From Deinococcota bacterium (GTDB taxonomy: Bacteria; Deinococcota; Deinococci; Deinococcales; Thermaceae), in assembly GCA_041695225.1 (NCBI GenBank), contig JBGFRI010000011.1, forward strand, positions 68,653 through 132,652: a DNA stretch of 64,000 nt, in the 5' to 3' direction. Made by a program: the position numbers and the translations under genes. Positions 56,586-64,000 of the stretch are shown one piece after another; the first letter of the stretch is position 1, and each line of letters starts with the position of its first letter. Under the pieces are notes generated by a model. That model was not told where the DNA came from, did no database searches, and saw only the letters and a list, made by a program, of their open reading frames with translations.

Positions 56586-57506
56586 GTGTACCGCACCGGC
56601 ACTGCAAGCTGGACCGACAAGAGCCTGCTGGAGGCTGGCTGGTATCCGCCAGGGGTCAGGGGCAGCGCCGAGCTTCAGCTCCGGTACTACGCCGAGCGCT
56701 TTGACCTGGTGGAGTTTGACGGCTCGTACTATGCCCTGCCCCGCACGGACTGGGCCAGGCGGTGGGTGGAAAGGACCCCAGCTGGCTTCCTTTTCAACGT
56801 GAAGGCCTTCAGCCTGCTGACCCGGCACCCTGTGGAAGTAGAGCGGCTGCCCAAAGACCTCAGAGCATTAGTACCCCAGCTTTCTGGCCGGGTACGGGCC
56901 TCGGCCATCCCCCAGGAGGTCGTCGAGGCGGCCTGGGAGCGGTTCCTGGGGTTCCTCGAGCCCCTGGAGCAACAGGGCCGGCTTGGTTATCTCCTCTTCC
57001 AGTTCGGCGACTGGTTTCGCCCTGTTCCAAAGAGCCTGGACTACCTGGAGGAGGTGAGCGTACGGGCCGCAGGCTACACCCTGGCCGTTGAGTTCCGGCA
57101 CGAAAGCTGGTACGCCGCGGGTATATGGCCACGGGTGAGGCGTTTCCTGGAGGAGGCTGGCCTGGTGCATGTGGTGGTGGACGCTCCTGCCCTGGAAGGG
57201 GTTCCTCCCAGGGTATGCGAGGCGACCAGCCAACGCTTCGCGGTTCTACGCTGTCACGGGCGGAACCAGAGCACCTGGAGCGGTCCGCACCAGGCCGCCT
57301 ATCAGCGCTTCAACTGGGCCTACAGCGAAGAGGAGCTGCTGGACCTGGCGGGAGCGGCCCGAGAGCTGGCACAGCAGGCCGAGCAGGTGCATATTGTCTG
57401 GAACAACAACTACGGCAAACAGGGAGTGGAGAGCGCCAGGGCCATGCAGAGGCTGCTGGGCATCGTCCCCTATGCCGGTTTGCAGGGCGCTGAGCCCCTG
57501 AGCTGA
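56586..57506 (+). CDS. DUF72 (YecE-like) protein
   Basis: GTASW, YAERFDLVE.DGSYY, FNVKA, AVEFRH.SW, RCHGRN, WNNN. Confidence 0.9.
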   Translation: MYRTGTASWTDKSLLEAGWYPPGVRGSAELQLRYYAERFDLVEFDGSYYALPRTDWARRWVERTPAGFLFNVKAFSLLTRHPVEVERLPKDLRALVPQLSGRVRASAIPQEVVEAAWERFLGFLEPLEQQGRLGYLLFQFGDWFRPVPKSLDYLEEVSVRAAGYTLAVEFRHESWYAAGIWPRVRRFLEEAGLVHVVVDAPALEGVPPRVCEATSQRFAVLRCHGRNQSTWSGPHQAAYQRFNWAYSEEELLDLAGAARELAQQAEQVHIVWNNNYGKQGVESARAMQRLLGIVPYAGLQGAEPLS

Positions 57507-57577
57507 GCTCTGGTCGGGATGGAGGGCTGAGCGACCGGCCGGCAGTCTCAGCACCACTTACAAAAAGGGAACTGTTA

Positions 57578-57606
57578 TTGACATAAAAAGGGAAAGACGT
57601 TACCCT
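57578..57606 (+). promoter_or_regulatory. sigmaA leaderless promoter of Xre-RES operon
   Basis: TTGACA-17-TACCCT, ATG 6 nt later; AAAAAGGGAA direct repeats at 57562 and 57585 (candidate operator). Confidence 0.75.
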
Positions 57607-57612
57607 CGAGCC

Positions 57613-57981
57613 ATGACCCCAGCCCTGCGCCACACCCTGATTGAAGGCCACAACCCCCAGAGCGGGCGCTTCGATGCCGTCCGGCTGGCCAAGGCGCTGG
57701 GTCTGAGCGTCCCGGAGATGGCGGTGGTCCTGGGCTACACCCCGCGTGGCCTCCGGGCAAATCCCGACTCCAAGAACCTCCAGGCCAGGCTGGGCGAGCT
57801 GGTCAGCCTCATTATTCGGTTGATGGAGGAGCTGGACGGCAGTATGGAGAACGTCAGGATCTGGCTCCACGCGCCCCACCCCGACCTGGGTGGCGTGCCC
57901 CCCTACCAGGCCATGCGGCAGGGCAATTTCGGGGCGGTGGCGACCTTGATCACCGCAATGGAAGAGGGCACCCCGCTTTGA
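57613..57981 (+). CDS. Xre/MbcA/ParS-type antitoxin
   Basis: HTH plus WLHAPHPDLGG..P C-terminal domain. Confidence 0.85.
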   Translation: MTPALRHTLIEGHNPQSGRFDAVRLAKALGLSVPEMAVVLGYTPRGLRANPDSKNLQARLGELVSLIIRLMEELDGSMENVRIWLHAPHPDLGGVPPYQAMRQGNFGAVATLITAMEEGTPL

Positions 57982-58562
57982 GGCCCAAAGAGAGGCTTCG
58001 CGAGGCCCTCGGGGGCCTGGTTCTTTCACCCGCCCAGGGTACCGCCTACCGCCTGACCAGCGTCAAATATATGACCAGTCCGCTCGCCACCGAGGGCGCG
58101 ATTAGAGCCGGTGGCCGGTACAACAAGCAGGGCCGGTTCGCGGCCCTGTACCTTGCCGACACACCTGCTACCGCACTGGCCGAGGTGCAGATGCTCAAGC
58201 TCACCGATAACCGCCTGATCGGGGTCAAGGGCCCGCCCAAGGTGCTGGTCTCCATAGACTATGCCCTGCAAACCGTGTTGAACCTGAACGACCCCGAGGT
58301 GCAGGCTGCACTGGAGACCAGTACCGAGGAGCTTCGGGCCGACTGGGTGCTCCGGCAGCAGAGGGGGCAGCGCATCCCCACCCAGGATCTGGGCGAGGCT
58401 GTGTATGAGCTGGGGAGCGCTGAGGCCCTGTGGGCTCCCTCGGCCCGCCTGAGGGGAGGCTCCAACCTGGTGGTATTTCCCAACCGCTTGCAGACTGGCA
58501 GCCGCCTGACATTGTACGACCCCGAAGGGCTGCTCTCGCTCTCGGTGTCAGGACCGCAGTAA
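57978..58562 (+). CDS. RES-domain toxin (MbcT/ParT-like)
   Basis: GGRYN, ALYLA...TALAE, TQ.LG, PSAR, NLVVFP. Confidence 0.9.
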   Translation: MRPKERLREALGGLVLSPAQGTAYRLTSVKYMTSPLATEGAIRAGGRYNKQGRFAALYLADTPATALAEVQMLKLTDNRLIGVKGPPKVLVSIDYALQTVLNLNDPEVQAALETSTEELRADWVLRQQRGQRIPTQDLGEAVYELGSAEALWAPSARLRGGSNLVVFPNRLQTGSRLTLYDPEGLLSLSVSGPQ

Positions 58563-58780
58563 ACTTGGGAGCCTGCTCAAAGCAAGAGCGTAGTTAGAGG
58601 TTACTCACACCCCGTCCCAGTCCCTGTCCAGTCCTTCACGGTATCCTGGCTGCCCTGCCAAAAGCGGAGCAGCTCCAGCCGCTAAAGCCTACCGTCTACG
58701 CCTGCAAGCCCGGCTACCGCCCGAAGCCCGATCAGGATGGAGATAGACGCTCCGAGTAGGGCATTGCACAACCGCTGCCC

Positions 58781-58838
58781 TTGACCCCAGGTAGTTCTTG
58801 CGCGTATCCTCGAGGCACTACCTGTAACCTTACAGGTA
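58781..58838 (+). promoter_or_regulatory. lexA promoter and perfect palindromic operator TACCTGTAA-CC-TTACAGGTA
   Basis: TTGACC(58781)-18-TATCCT(58805); palindrome at 58819-58838. Confidence 0.7.
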
Positions 58839-58850
58839 TGGGGGTGCGAG

Positions 58851-59474
58851 ATGCAGCTTACCAAAGGGCAGCAGAGGGTGATCCAGCAGATATCCAGGCT
58901 GAAGCAGCAACTGGGGCGGATGCCCAGTGTGTCCGAGCTGAGCGCAGCCCTGGGCTACTCCTACCAGGCATTGCGGCAGCACCTGGGCGAGCTGGAGCGC
59001 AAGGGGTTAGTGGAGGTGGTCTCGCGGGGCCAGGGCCGTACCTCCGAAATCATCCCAACCCTTCAGGGCAAGTCCCTGCTGGGTCTGGGCATCCCGCTGC
59101 TGGGACAGATTGCTGCTGGCCGACTGGAAGACGCCGCCCAGGATCTGCGGGGCCTGCTGGCCCTGCCGAGCAAACCCGGCTTCTATGCACTGGTGGTGGA
59201 GGGCGACTCGATGGCCGACTACCTGGTGGAAAACGACATCGTGATCGTCCGGGCTACCTCCGAGTTCCGGCAGGGCCAGATCGCCGCGGTCTATCACCAG
59301 GGCCGCACCACCCTCAAGTACGTCTACCGCAAGGGGGCGCGGGCCGAACTCCGCCCCCACAACCCCAGATATCCCCCCATTGTGCTACCGGCCAGTGAGC
59401 TACAGGTGCAGGGGGTCTACGACAGCCTGATCCGGGGTGGCCTGATTTCCCAGCTGCTGGAGGTGGTCATGTAA
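58851..59474 (+). CDS. lexA: LexA repressor (cassette-associated)
   Basis: PSV.EL, IAAG cleavage site, GDSM Ser, TLK Lys, PHNP.Y. Confidence 0.95.
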   Translation: MQLTKGQQRVIQQISRLKQQLGRMPSVSELSAALGYSYQALRQHLGELERKGLVEVVSRGQGRTSEIIPTLQGKSLLGLGIPLLGQIAAGRLEDAAQDLRGLLALPSKPGFYALVVEGDSMADYLVENDIVIVRATSEFRQGQIAAVYHQGRTTLKYVYRKGARAELRPHNPRYPPIVLPASELQVQGVYDSLIRGGLISQLLEVVM

Positions 59475-59609
59475 CCCTACCGCACCTGCGACTTTAGGGC
59501 ACGCTCCGCCGGGAAGCTGAACCGCGCCCTCGCCCATAGCACCCAGGGCCTGGCCCTGGAGCAGTCATCTACTGATCTGGTGGTCTGGCCAGTATAGCAG
59601 GTTTTACCC

Positions 59610-60896
59610 ATGCCGAGAAGTCATAATTCAGGTTCTGGACAGCTCCTAAAGCCGCTTCTGCCCGCCCCGGCAGCAGCCAGGCGGCCCGCGGCACGACCGG
59701 CGGCTGCCCCGAGCATCACCGCGTTCTGGCTGGCCGATCCACCAACCTGGGCGCTGGGCCGGCTAGATCGCCAGATATTCTCCCAGGTGCCCCCCGACAG
59801 ACCCGTCTTAGCTGTATCGGGGGAGCGGGTGGTGGGCAGCAACCTTGCGGCCAGAAAGGCCGGCGTGCGGCCCGACGAGACCCTGAGCCGGGCCTTGCAG
59901 CTCTGCCCCAGCGCGCTGGTACACCCGCACGACGATGCAGCCATGCTGGCGGCCTGGGACAGCGCGATAGCCACGGCCTATGGCCTCAGCCCCTGGGTGG
60001 AGTCTGAGCGGGTGGGGCTGGTCCTGGTGGGTGGTCTGGGCCCTGGCGAAGCCCACGACCTGGCCAAAGCTACCCAGACCCGAGCCGGCCAGGCCAAAAG
60101 TCGCAGCACCGCCCAGCTGGCCGCGCTGACCGCCCCCGAGGGAGGCGCCCGGCTGGTTCCCAGCGAAACCGCCTTTATCGCCCAGGTTCCGGTGGGGTAT
60201 CTGCTGGGCCTGGGCTTCAGCCAGGACCTGATCGAGCGGCTCCGCCTGTTCGGGGTGGATCACCTGGCCGATATCCACCGCCTGGGCCTGACCCAGAAGC
60301 AGCTCGAGGCCCAGTTCAACAGTGAAGGCCGGCGTCTCTACCAGGTGGCCCACGGGCAGTTCACCCAGCCTGTCCAGCGCTTCCAGGAACCCCAGGTGGC
60401 CAGGGCACGCTGGGAGTTCGAAGAGCCTGTTACGGAGCCTTACCAGTTCATGCCCGTCCTGCACCTGCTGGTAGGCCAGGCAGCTACTGAGCTGGGCAGC
60501 AAGGTCTGCTGGACGGTCACGGTGGGGGTGGAATACCGGGTGAGCCGGGGGCTCGGCCGCCGGGTGCTGGGCGCGGCCAGCGGCAGCCCCCAGAAGCTCC
60601 TGCACGTCGCGGAGGCGGTCTTCCGGGACGCCCATACCCCCGGGGCGGAGATAGAGGCGCTCGAGGTCACCCTTGGGCGCATCGTCCTGCCCACCGCCCG
60701 GCAGCAAGACCTGTTCGGGGTCTTCGAGCGCCCCCCGGTCTGGGATGCCCTAAAGCGGGTGGACGCCCGCTATAACGGGGGCATCGGCAGGATGGTCTTC
60801 AAAGCCTTCCACCGCTTCAGGGAAGAAGGGTGGTCCTTCAAACCGCTCGGCCCCAGCCAGCAGGCCCAGGTGGGGGATGGGAGGAGGCTGCGGTGA
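59610..60896 (+). CDS. imuY: ImuY/ImuB-like Y-family polymerase-related protein
   Basis: N.AARKAGVRP...L..A..LCP, SPWVE, ERLRLFGV, clamp motif QQDLF; cassette context. Confidence 0.8.
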   Translation: MPRSHNSGSGQLLKPLLPAPAAARRPAARPAAAPSITAFWLADPPTWALGRLDRQIFSQVPPDRPVLAVSGERVVGSNLAARKAGVRPDETLSRALQLCPSALVHPHDDAAMLAAWDSAIATAYGLSPWVESERVGLVLVGGLGPGEAHDLAKATQTRAGQAKSRSTAQLAALTAPEGGARLVPSETAFIAQVPVGYLLGLGFSQDLIERLRLFGVDHLADIHRLGLTQKQLEAQFNSEGRRLYQVAHGQFTQPVQRFQEPQVARARWEFEEPVTEPYQFMPVLHLLVGQAATELGSKVCWTVTVGVEYRVSRGLGRRVLGAASGSPQKLLHVAEAVFRDAHTPGAEIEALEVTLGRIVLPTARQQDLFGVFERPPVWDALKRVDARYNGGIGRMVFKAFHRFREEGWSFKPLGPSQQAQVGDGRRLR

Positions 60897-60901
60897 AGGC
60901 G

Positions 60902-61372
60902 TTAGCGTTTCACCAACTTCCGCAGCCGCGGCAAGGCTTGCTGGGGGGTTTGTACACTGGTTTTACCGATCTTTTTGAGGGCCGTGATGTGCCGGTCGTC
61001 GCTCACCAGCAGGCTAGCCCTGGCCTCCAGGGCGATGGCCGCGATGAAATCGTCATGGGGGTCGTCGGGAACTATAAAGGGTATAGACTGGGGGTTCAGC
61101 ACCACTGCCCGCAGCCTGAGCAGGTTGATCAGCGCCCCGAACCTGGCCCTGCCGATGCGCCGCTGGGCCACGAGGCGAGTCGCTTACGCGATTCCGGCAA
61201 AAGCCGTAACCTACCTGCGCCTGCTCACGCGTCGCAGCTCCTCGAGCTGGGCCTCGGAGGTGTACAGGGTGCAAGCCCCTTGGGACCAGAGCATCAACAG
61301 CTCCGACTCCACAGGAAAAAGCGCCCCTTGCAGGGCACGGATGTAAACCTGAGTATCAAAGACGACCCTCAG
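60902..61372 (-). pseudogene. PIN-family toxin disrupted by 42-bp insertion with two stops; CTG start
   Basis: RVVFDTQV...EELRRV [insert] ...DPHDD...LVSDDRH. Confidence 0.85.
61172..61213 (-). repeat. 42-bp micro-insertion, copy 2
   Basis: TAGGTTACGGCTTTTGCCGGAATCGCGTAAGCGACTCGCCTC. Confidence 0.9.
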
Positions 61373-61608
61373 CGCGACCTCGCGATCCTGCGCCGCACCT
61401 CATGCACCAGATGGTCAATCTCTTCGGCGCTCAGGCCCTCTTTGCCTTCAGGCAGTTCGGCAAACACCGTCTGGCGGGCCTGGGCTACTTTCAGATGCTC
61501 GCTGATGGCCACGCCCAGGGCCTTCTCGGGGGTGGTCTGCTCGAGGAGTGCGATCTCAGACAGCTCCTGGAGGGTTTTTTTGCTGAGCCTGGGGGCGGGC
61601 AGAGCCAT
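61369..61608 (-). CDS. antitoxin (RHH-like) of PIN module
   Basis: GLSAEEIDHLVHEVRR tail; stop overlaps the PIN start. Confidence 0.7.
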   Translation of the reverse strand: MALPAPRLSKKTLQELSEIALLEQTTPEKALGVAISEHLKVAQARQTVFAELPEGKEGLSAEEIDHLVHEVRRRIARSR

Positions 61609-61641
61609 ACGGCAATTTTATCACTTTTCAGGGGTTGCTCC

Positions 61642-61905
61642 ATGAAGAGCCTGCACACCCCCCAGCCGTGCAGGGTGCTGCTGGATCGGCAGCTGATTCG
61701 GGCGGTGCACTTCCGCGAGCGGGCCTGGGTGGTGCGGGAGACCCTCTGCATCTACACCCTCTGCGACCCCTGGCGCAGGCTGCCGGGCCTCGAGGGCGAG
61801 AAGCGGGTCTACTATCAGCTCCTCACCACCAACGGCCAGATTGAGGTCTTCCAACGGGTGCGTGGGGCGGAGCTGGGCTGGTTCGTGGCCAGGTGGTGGG
61901 ACTGA
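61642..61905 (+). CDS. ImuB C-terminal-like small protein (DUF6504-like)
   Basis: W.V......PW...GEKR.YY, W....WWD; between imuY and dnaE2. Confidence 0.75.
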   Translation: MKSLHTPQPCRVLLDRQLIRAVHFRERAWVVRETLCIYTLCDPWRRLPGLEGEKRVYYQLLTTNGQIEVFQRVRGAELGWFVARWWD

Positions 61906-61907
61906 TG

Positions 61908-62264
61908 CTAATCGGAGAAGCTAGAAGCCACAGCCTCCAGGCGGTCCGGGTAGATATTGACCAGCTTATGCCCGGCCAGCAGCCGCTCCACCTCAGGCCA
62001 TACCTGCTGCATCAGCTGCTGAAACTGGCTCAGCTTGAGGTTGCTCACCCGTACATGCACCACTCTGGGGGGCGGGCTGGCAATCAGAGTTCGGTTGGAA
62101 AAATCGGCATCCTTGCTGACGATGACCAGATCATGGGTCTGGGCATACTCCCAGATCTGTTCGTCGGTAGGGCTGGCCCCAACTACTCAGGCGTGCTGGG
62201 TGGGCAGCGACGGACTGATGCCCAGATGACGGGGCAGGTTTTCGTCCAGCAAAAAGCCCTTCAA
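61908..62264 (-). pseudogene. DUF5615 PIN-like toxin with in-frame TGA at 62187-62189
   Basis: FLLDENLP, D.QIWEYA, IVSKDADF, PP.VV. Confidence 0.85.
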
Positions 62265-62265
62265 A

Positions 62266-62490
62266 CTAGGCTACCCGTTCGATGTGAAACCGGTTCCCCA
62301 TCAGTTTGGAGGAATACTGCAAGGCCGCCAGCACATCCTCACGGCTCAGGCTGGGGTATTCCTGAAGAATCGCTTCAATGCTGTCGCCGTTACCTAAGAA
62401 CTCCAGGATGGTCTGCACGGTGATGCGGGTTCCGCGAATCACCGGCCGGCCATTGCAGATCAAGGGGTTGATCTCGACCCGTTCTTCCAC
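62266..62490 (-). CDS. DUF433 antitoxin
   Basis: ICNGRPVIRGTRITV, YPSL..EDV.AAL.Y; leaderless TATACT promoter before GTG 62490. Confidence 0.9.
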   Translation of the reverse strand: MEERVEINPLICNGRPVIRGTRITVQTILEFLGNGDSIEAILQEYPSLSREDVLAALQYSSKLMGNRFHIERVA

Positions 62491-62520
62491 AGGCCTAAGT
62501 ATAGCCCTCTGGAGCCAGGT

Positions 62521-64000
62521 ATGAGCGATTTTGTTCACCTTCATTCATGGTCGTGGTTTAGCTTCTTGCGGGGGGGCTCGAGCCCCCAGGCCCTGGTTGA
62601 ACAGGCCGTCAAGAACGGCCAGACCGCTCTTGCCCTCACGGACTGGATGACCGTGGCGGGCGCGGTGCAGTTCCAGGTCGCGGCGCGCAAGGCCGGCATC
62701 AAGGCGATCGTCGGGGCGGAGGTGCAGGTGGAGGGCCATCCGCTGGTGCTGCTCTGCGCCGACCAGACGGGCTACGCCACCCTCAACCGCCTCCTGACCG
62801 GGGCGCACCTGCGGGACAGGGAGAATCCTGAAGTTTCCCTCGAGCAACTCTCCGACGACAACGGAGGGCTATTTATCCTCACTGGGGGCCTGGAGGGCAG
62901 GCTGCGTCAGCTGGTGATGAGTGGAAGGTACGAAGAAGCCACAGTCTGGCTCGAGCACCTCGCCGGCATCGCCCCCAAACGGGTCTTCGTGGAGCAAGTT
63001 GCCCATAGGTTGGAGGACGAGCCTCGAGTATTGAACCAACTCACGGCACTGGCTCGAGGGTTGAACCTGCACACCATCGCCACCAACGCCGCCAGGTACG
63101 CCACACCCCAGGACTTTATCACCCACGACCTGCTGAACCGCATCCGGCTGAAGATCCGCTACGACGAGCCCCACCCCGAGCTGCCTTTGAACGACGAGGC
63201 CTGGCTCAAAGGCGTAGACGAGCTGTACCCGCTGATCCCCGACCCCAACGCTTTGGGCAACACGGTGGCCTTAGCCGCCGAGTGCGAGGTGAACCTGCTG
63301 CCCGGCGAGATCACCCCGCCGGGGGCGATGCTGCCTTTGGGCTTCGGCCACTACAACGACTACCTGCTGCACCTCTGCCGCGAGGCCCTGCCGCGCCGGT
63401 ACCCCGACCCGGTGCGGCGGGCCAGGGCCGAGGCCGTCCTGGCGCACGAGCTCTCCATCATCACCACGCTTGACGTCGCGGAGTTCTTCCTGGTGGTGCG
63501 GGAGGTGATGGAGTACGCCCGCTCGCGGGGCATCCGCTGCGCCGGCCGGGGCAGCGCAGCGAACAGCATCGTAGCCTACCTCCTCGACATCACCACGGTC
63601 TGCCCCATCGAGCACCGCCTGTTGTTCGAGCGCTTTTTGCACATGGGGCGGAAGGGTACGCCCGACATTGATGTGGACTTCGACACCGCGCGCCGCGACG
63701 AAGTGATCGCATGGATGACAGAGAGGTTTACCTCAAGCCACACCGCCATGACCGCCAACGTAAACCAGTACCGCCTCCGCACGGCGGTGCGCGACGTGGC
63801 CAAGGTGCTGGGCTGGTCGAAGGACATCGCCACCCACGTGTTGACTAAAACCCTAGACGGCCACGGCGATCCCGAGGACGTTCGAACCTACCGCGCGGCC
63901 CTGGCCGGGGTGCTGGGCCAGGTGCCGCTCTTAGAGCCCCTGCTGGCCCTGGTCGAGCGCCTCCAGGGCTGCCCCCGCAACCTCTCGCTGCACTCGGGCG
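62521..64000 (+). CDS. dnaE2: error-prone DNA polymerase DnaE2 (3' truncated by window)
   Basis: MSDFVHLHSWSWFSFLRGGSSP PHP start, ALTD, GRGSAANS, LFERFL, PDIDVDF, HSG. Confidence 0.9.
   Translation, partial: MSDFVHLHSWSWFSFLRGGSSPQALVEQAVKNGQTALALTDWMTVAGAVQFQVAARKAGIKAIVGAEVQVEGHPLVLLCADQTGYATLNRLLTGAHLRDRENPEVSLEQLSDDNGGLFILTGGLEGRLRQLVMSGRYEEATVWLEHLAGIAPKRVFVEQVAHRLEDEPRVLNQLTALARGLNLHTIATNAARYATPQDFITHDLLNRIRLKIRYDEPHPELPLNDEAWLKGVDELYPLIPDPNALGNTVALAAECEVNLLPGEITPPGAMLPLGFGHYNDYLLHLCREALPRRYPDPVRRARAEAVLAHELSIITTLDVAEFFLVVREVMEYARSRGIRCAGRGSAANSIVAYLLDITTVCPIEHRLLFERFLHMGRKGTPDIDVDFDTARRDEVIAWMTERFTSSHTAMTANVNQYRLRTAVRDVAKVLGWSKDIATHVLTKTLDGHGDPEDVRTYRAALAGVLGQVPLLEPLLALVERLQGCPRNLSLHSG

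Noticed and set aside
1..64000. tRNA, rRNA, relaxase/T4SS or reverse transcriptase genes
   Set aside because: None recognised; a conjugative leading-region role for 1-29 kb is therefore inferred from gene content only

Overview
GC-rich accessory DNA, most likely a Meiothermus-like (Deinococcota) megaplasmid or large integrated element. The host is inferred from leaderless TAnnnT promoters, an imuY-type mutagenesis cassette and a P23-77-like capsid gene. There are three zones. (1) ~1-29 kb is a co-oriented + strand establishment/anti-defence and replication region: ArdC, ParB-like protein, macrodomain, DUF6094 methylase plus helicase, beta-clamp, an initiator with internal iterons plus DnaC-like loader, B12-riboswitch/NrdR-controlled nrdAB, Rad52, an AcrVA2/FinQ-like gene split at a G7 tract, an exonuclease and a tnpB-only IS. 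About 10 copies of a conserved CCAGGGGGCAGC-loop-GCTGCCCC hairpin punctuate this zone. (2) ~29-57 kb is a defence island: a DISARM-related YprA helicase-nuclease/SNF2/N6-MTase triad, ATPase-TIR, several TA modules, a tyrosine recombinase, an HD-GYP protein with an unannotated 29-aa peptide gene, C5-MTase/Vsr/DUF4928, and an orphan homologue of a sphaerolipovirus small major capsid protein. (3) ~57-64 kb holds RES-Xre and a lexA-imuY-imuB(Ct)-dnaE2 cassette interleaved with two TA modules whose toxins are dead. The best novelty candidates are the orphan capsid gene (possible assembly decoy), 31-45 bp structured micro-insertions (one present twice, in unrelated genes), the dispersed hairpin family, and the possibly phase-variable AcrVA2-like gene. 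All family calls come from motif recognition and recall, not from database searches.
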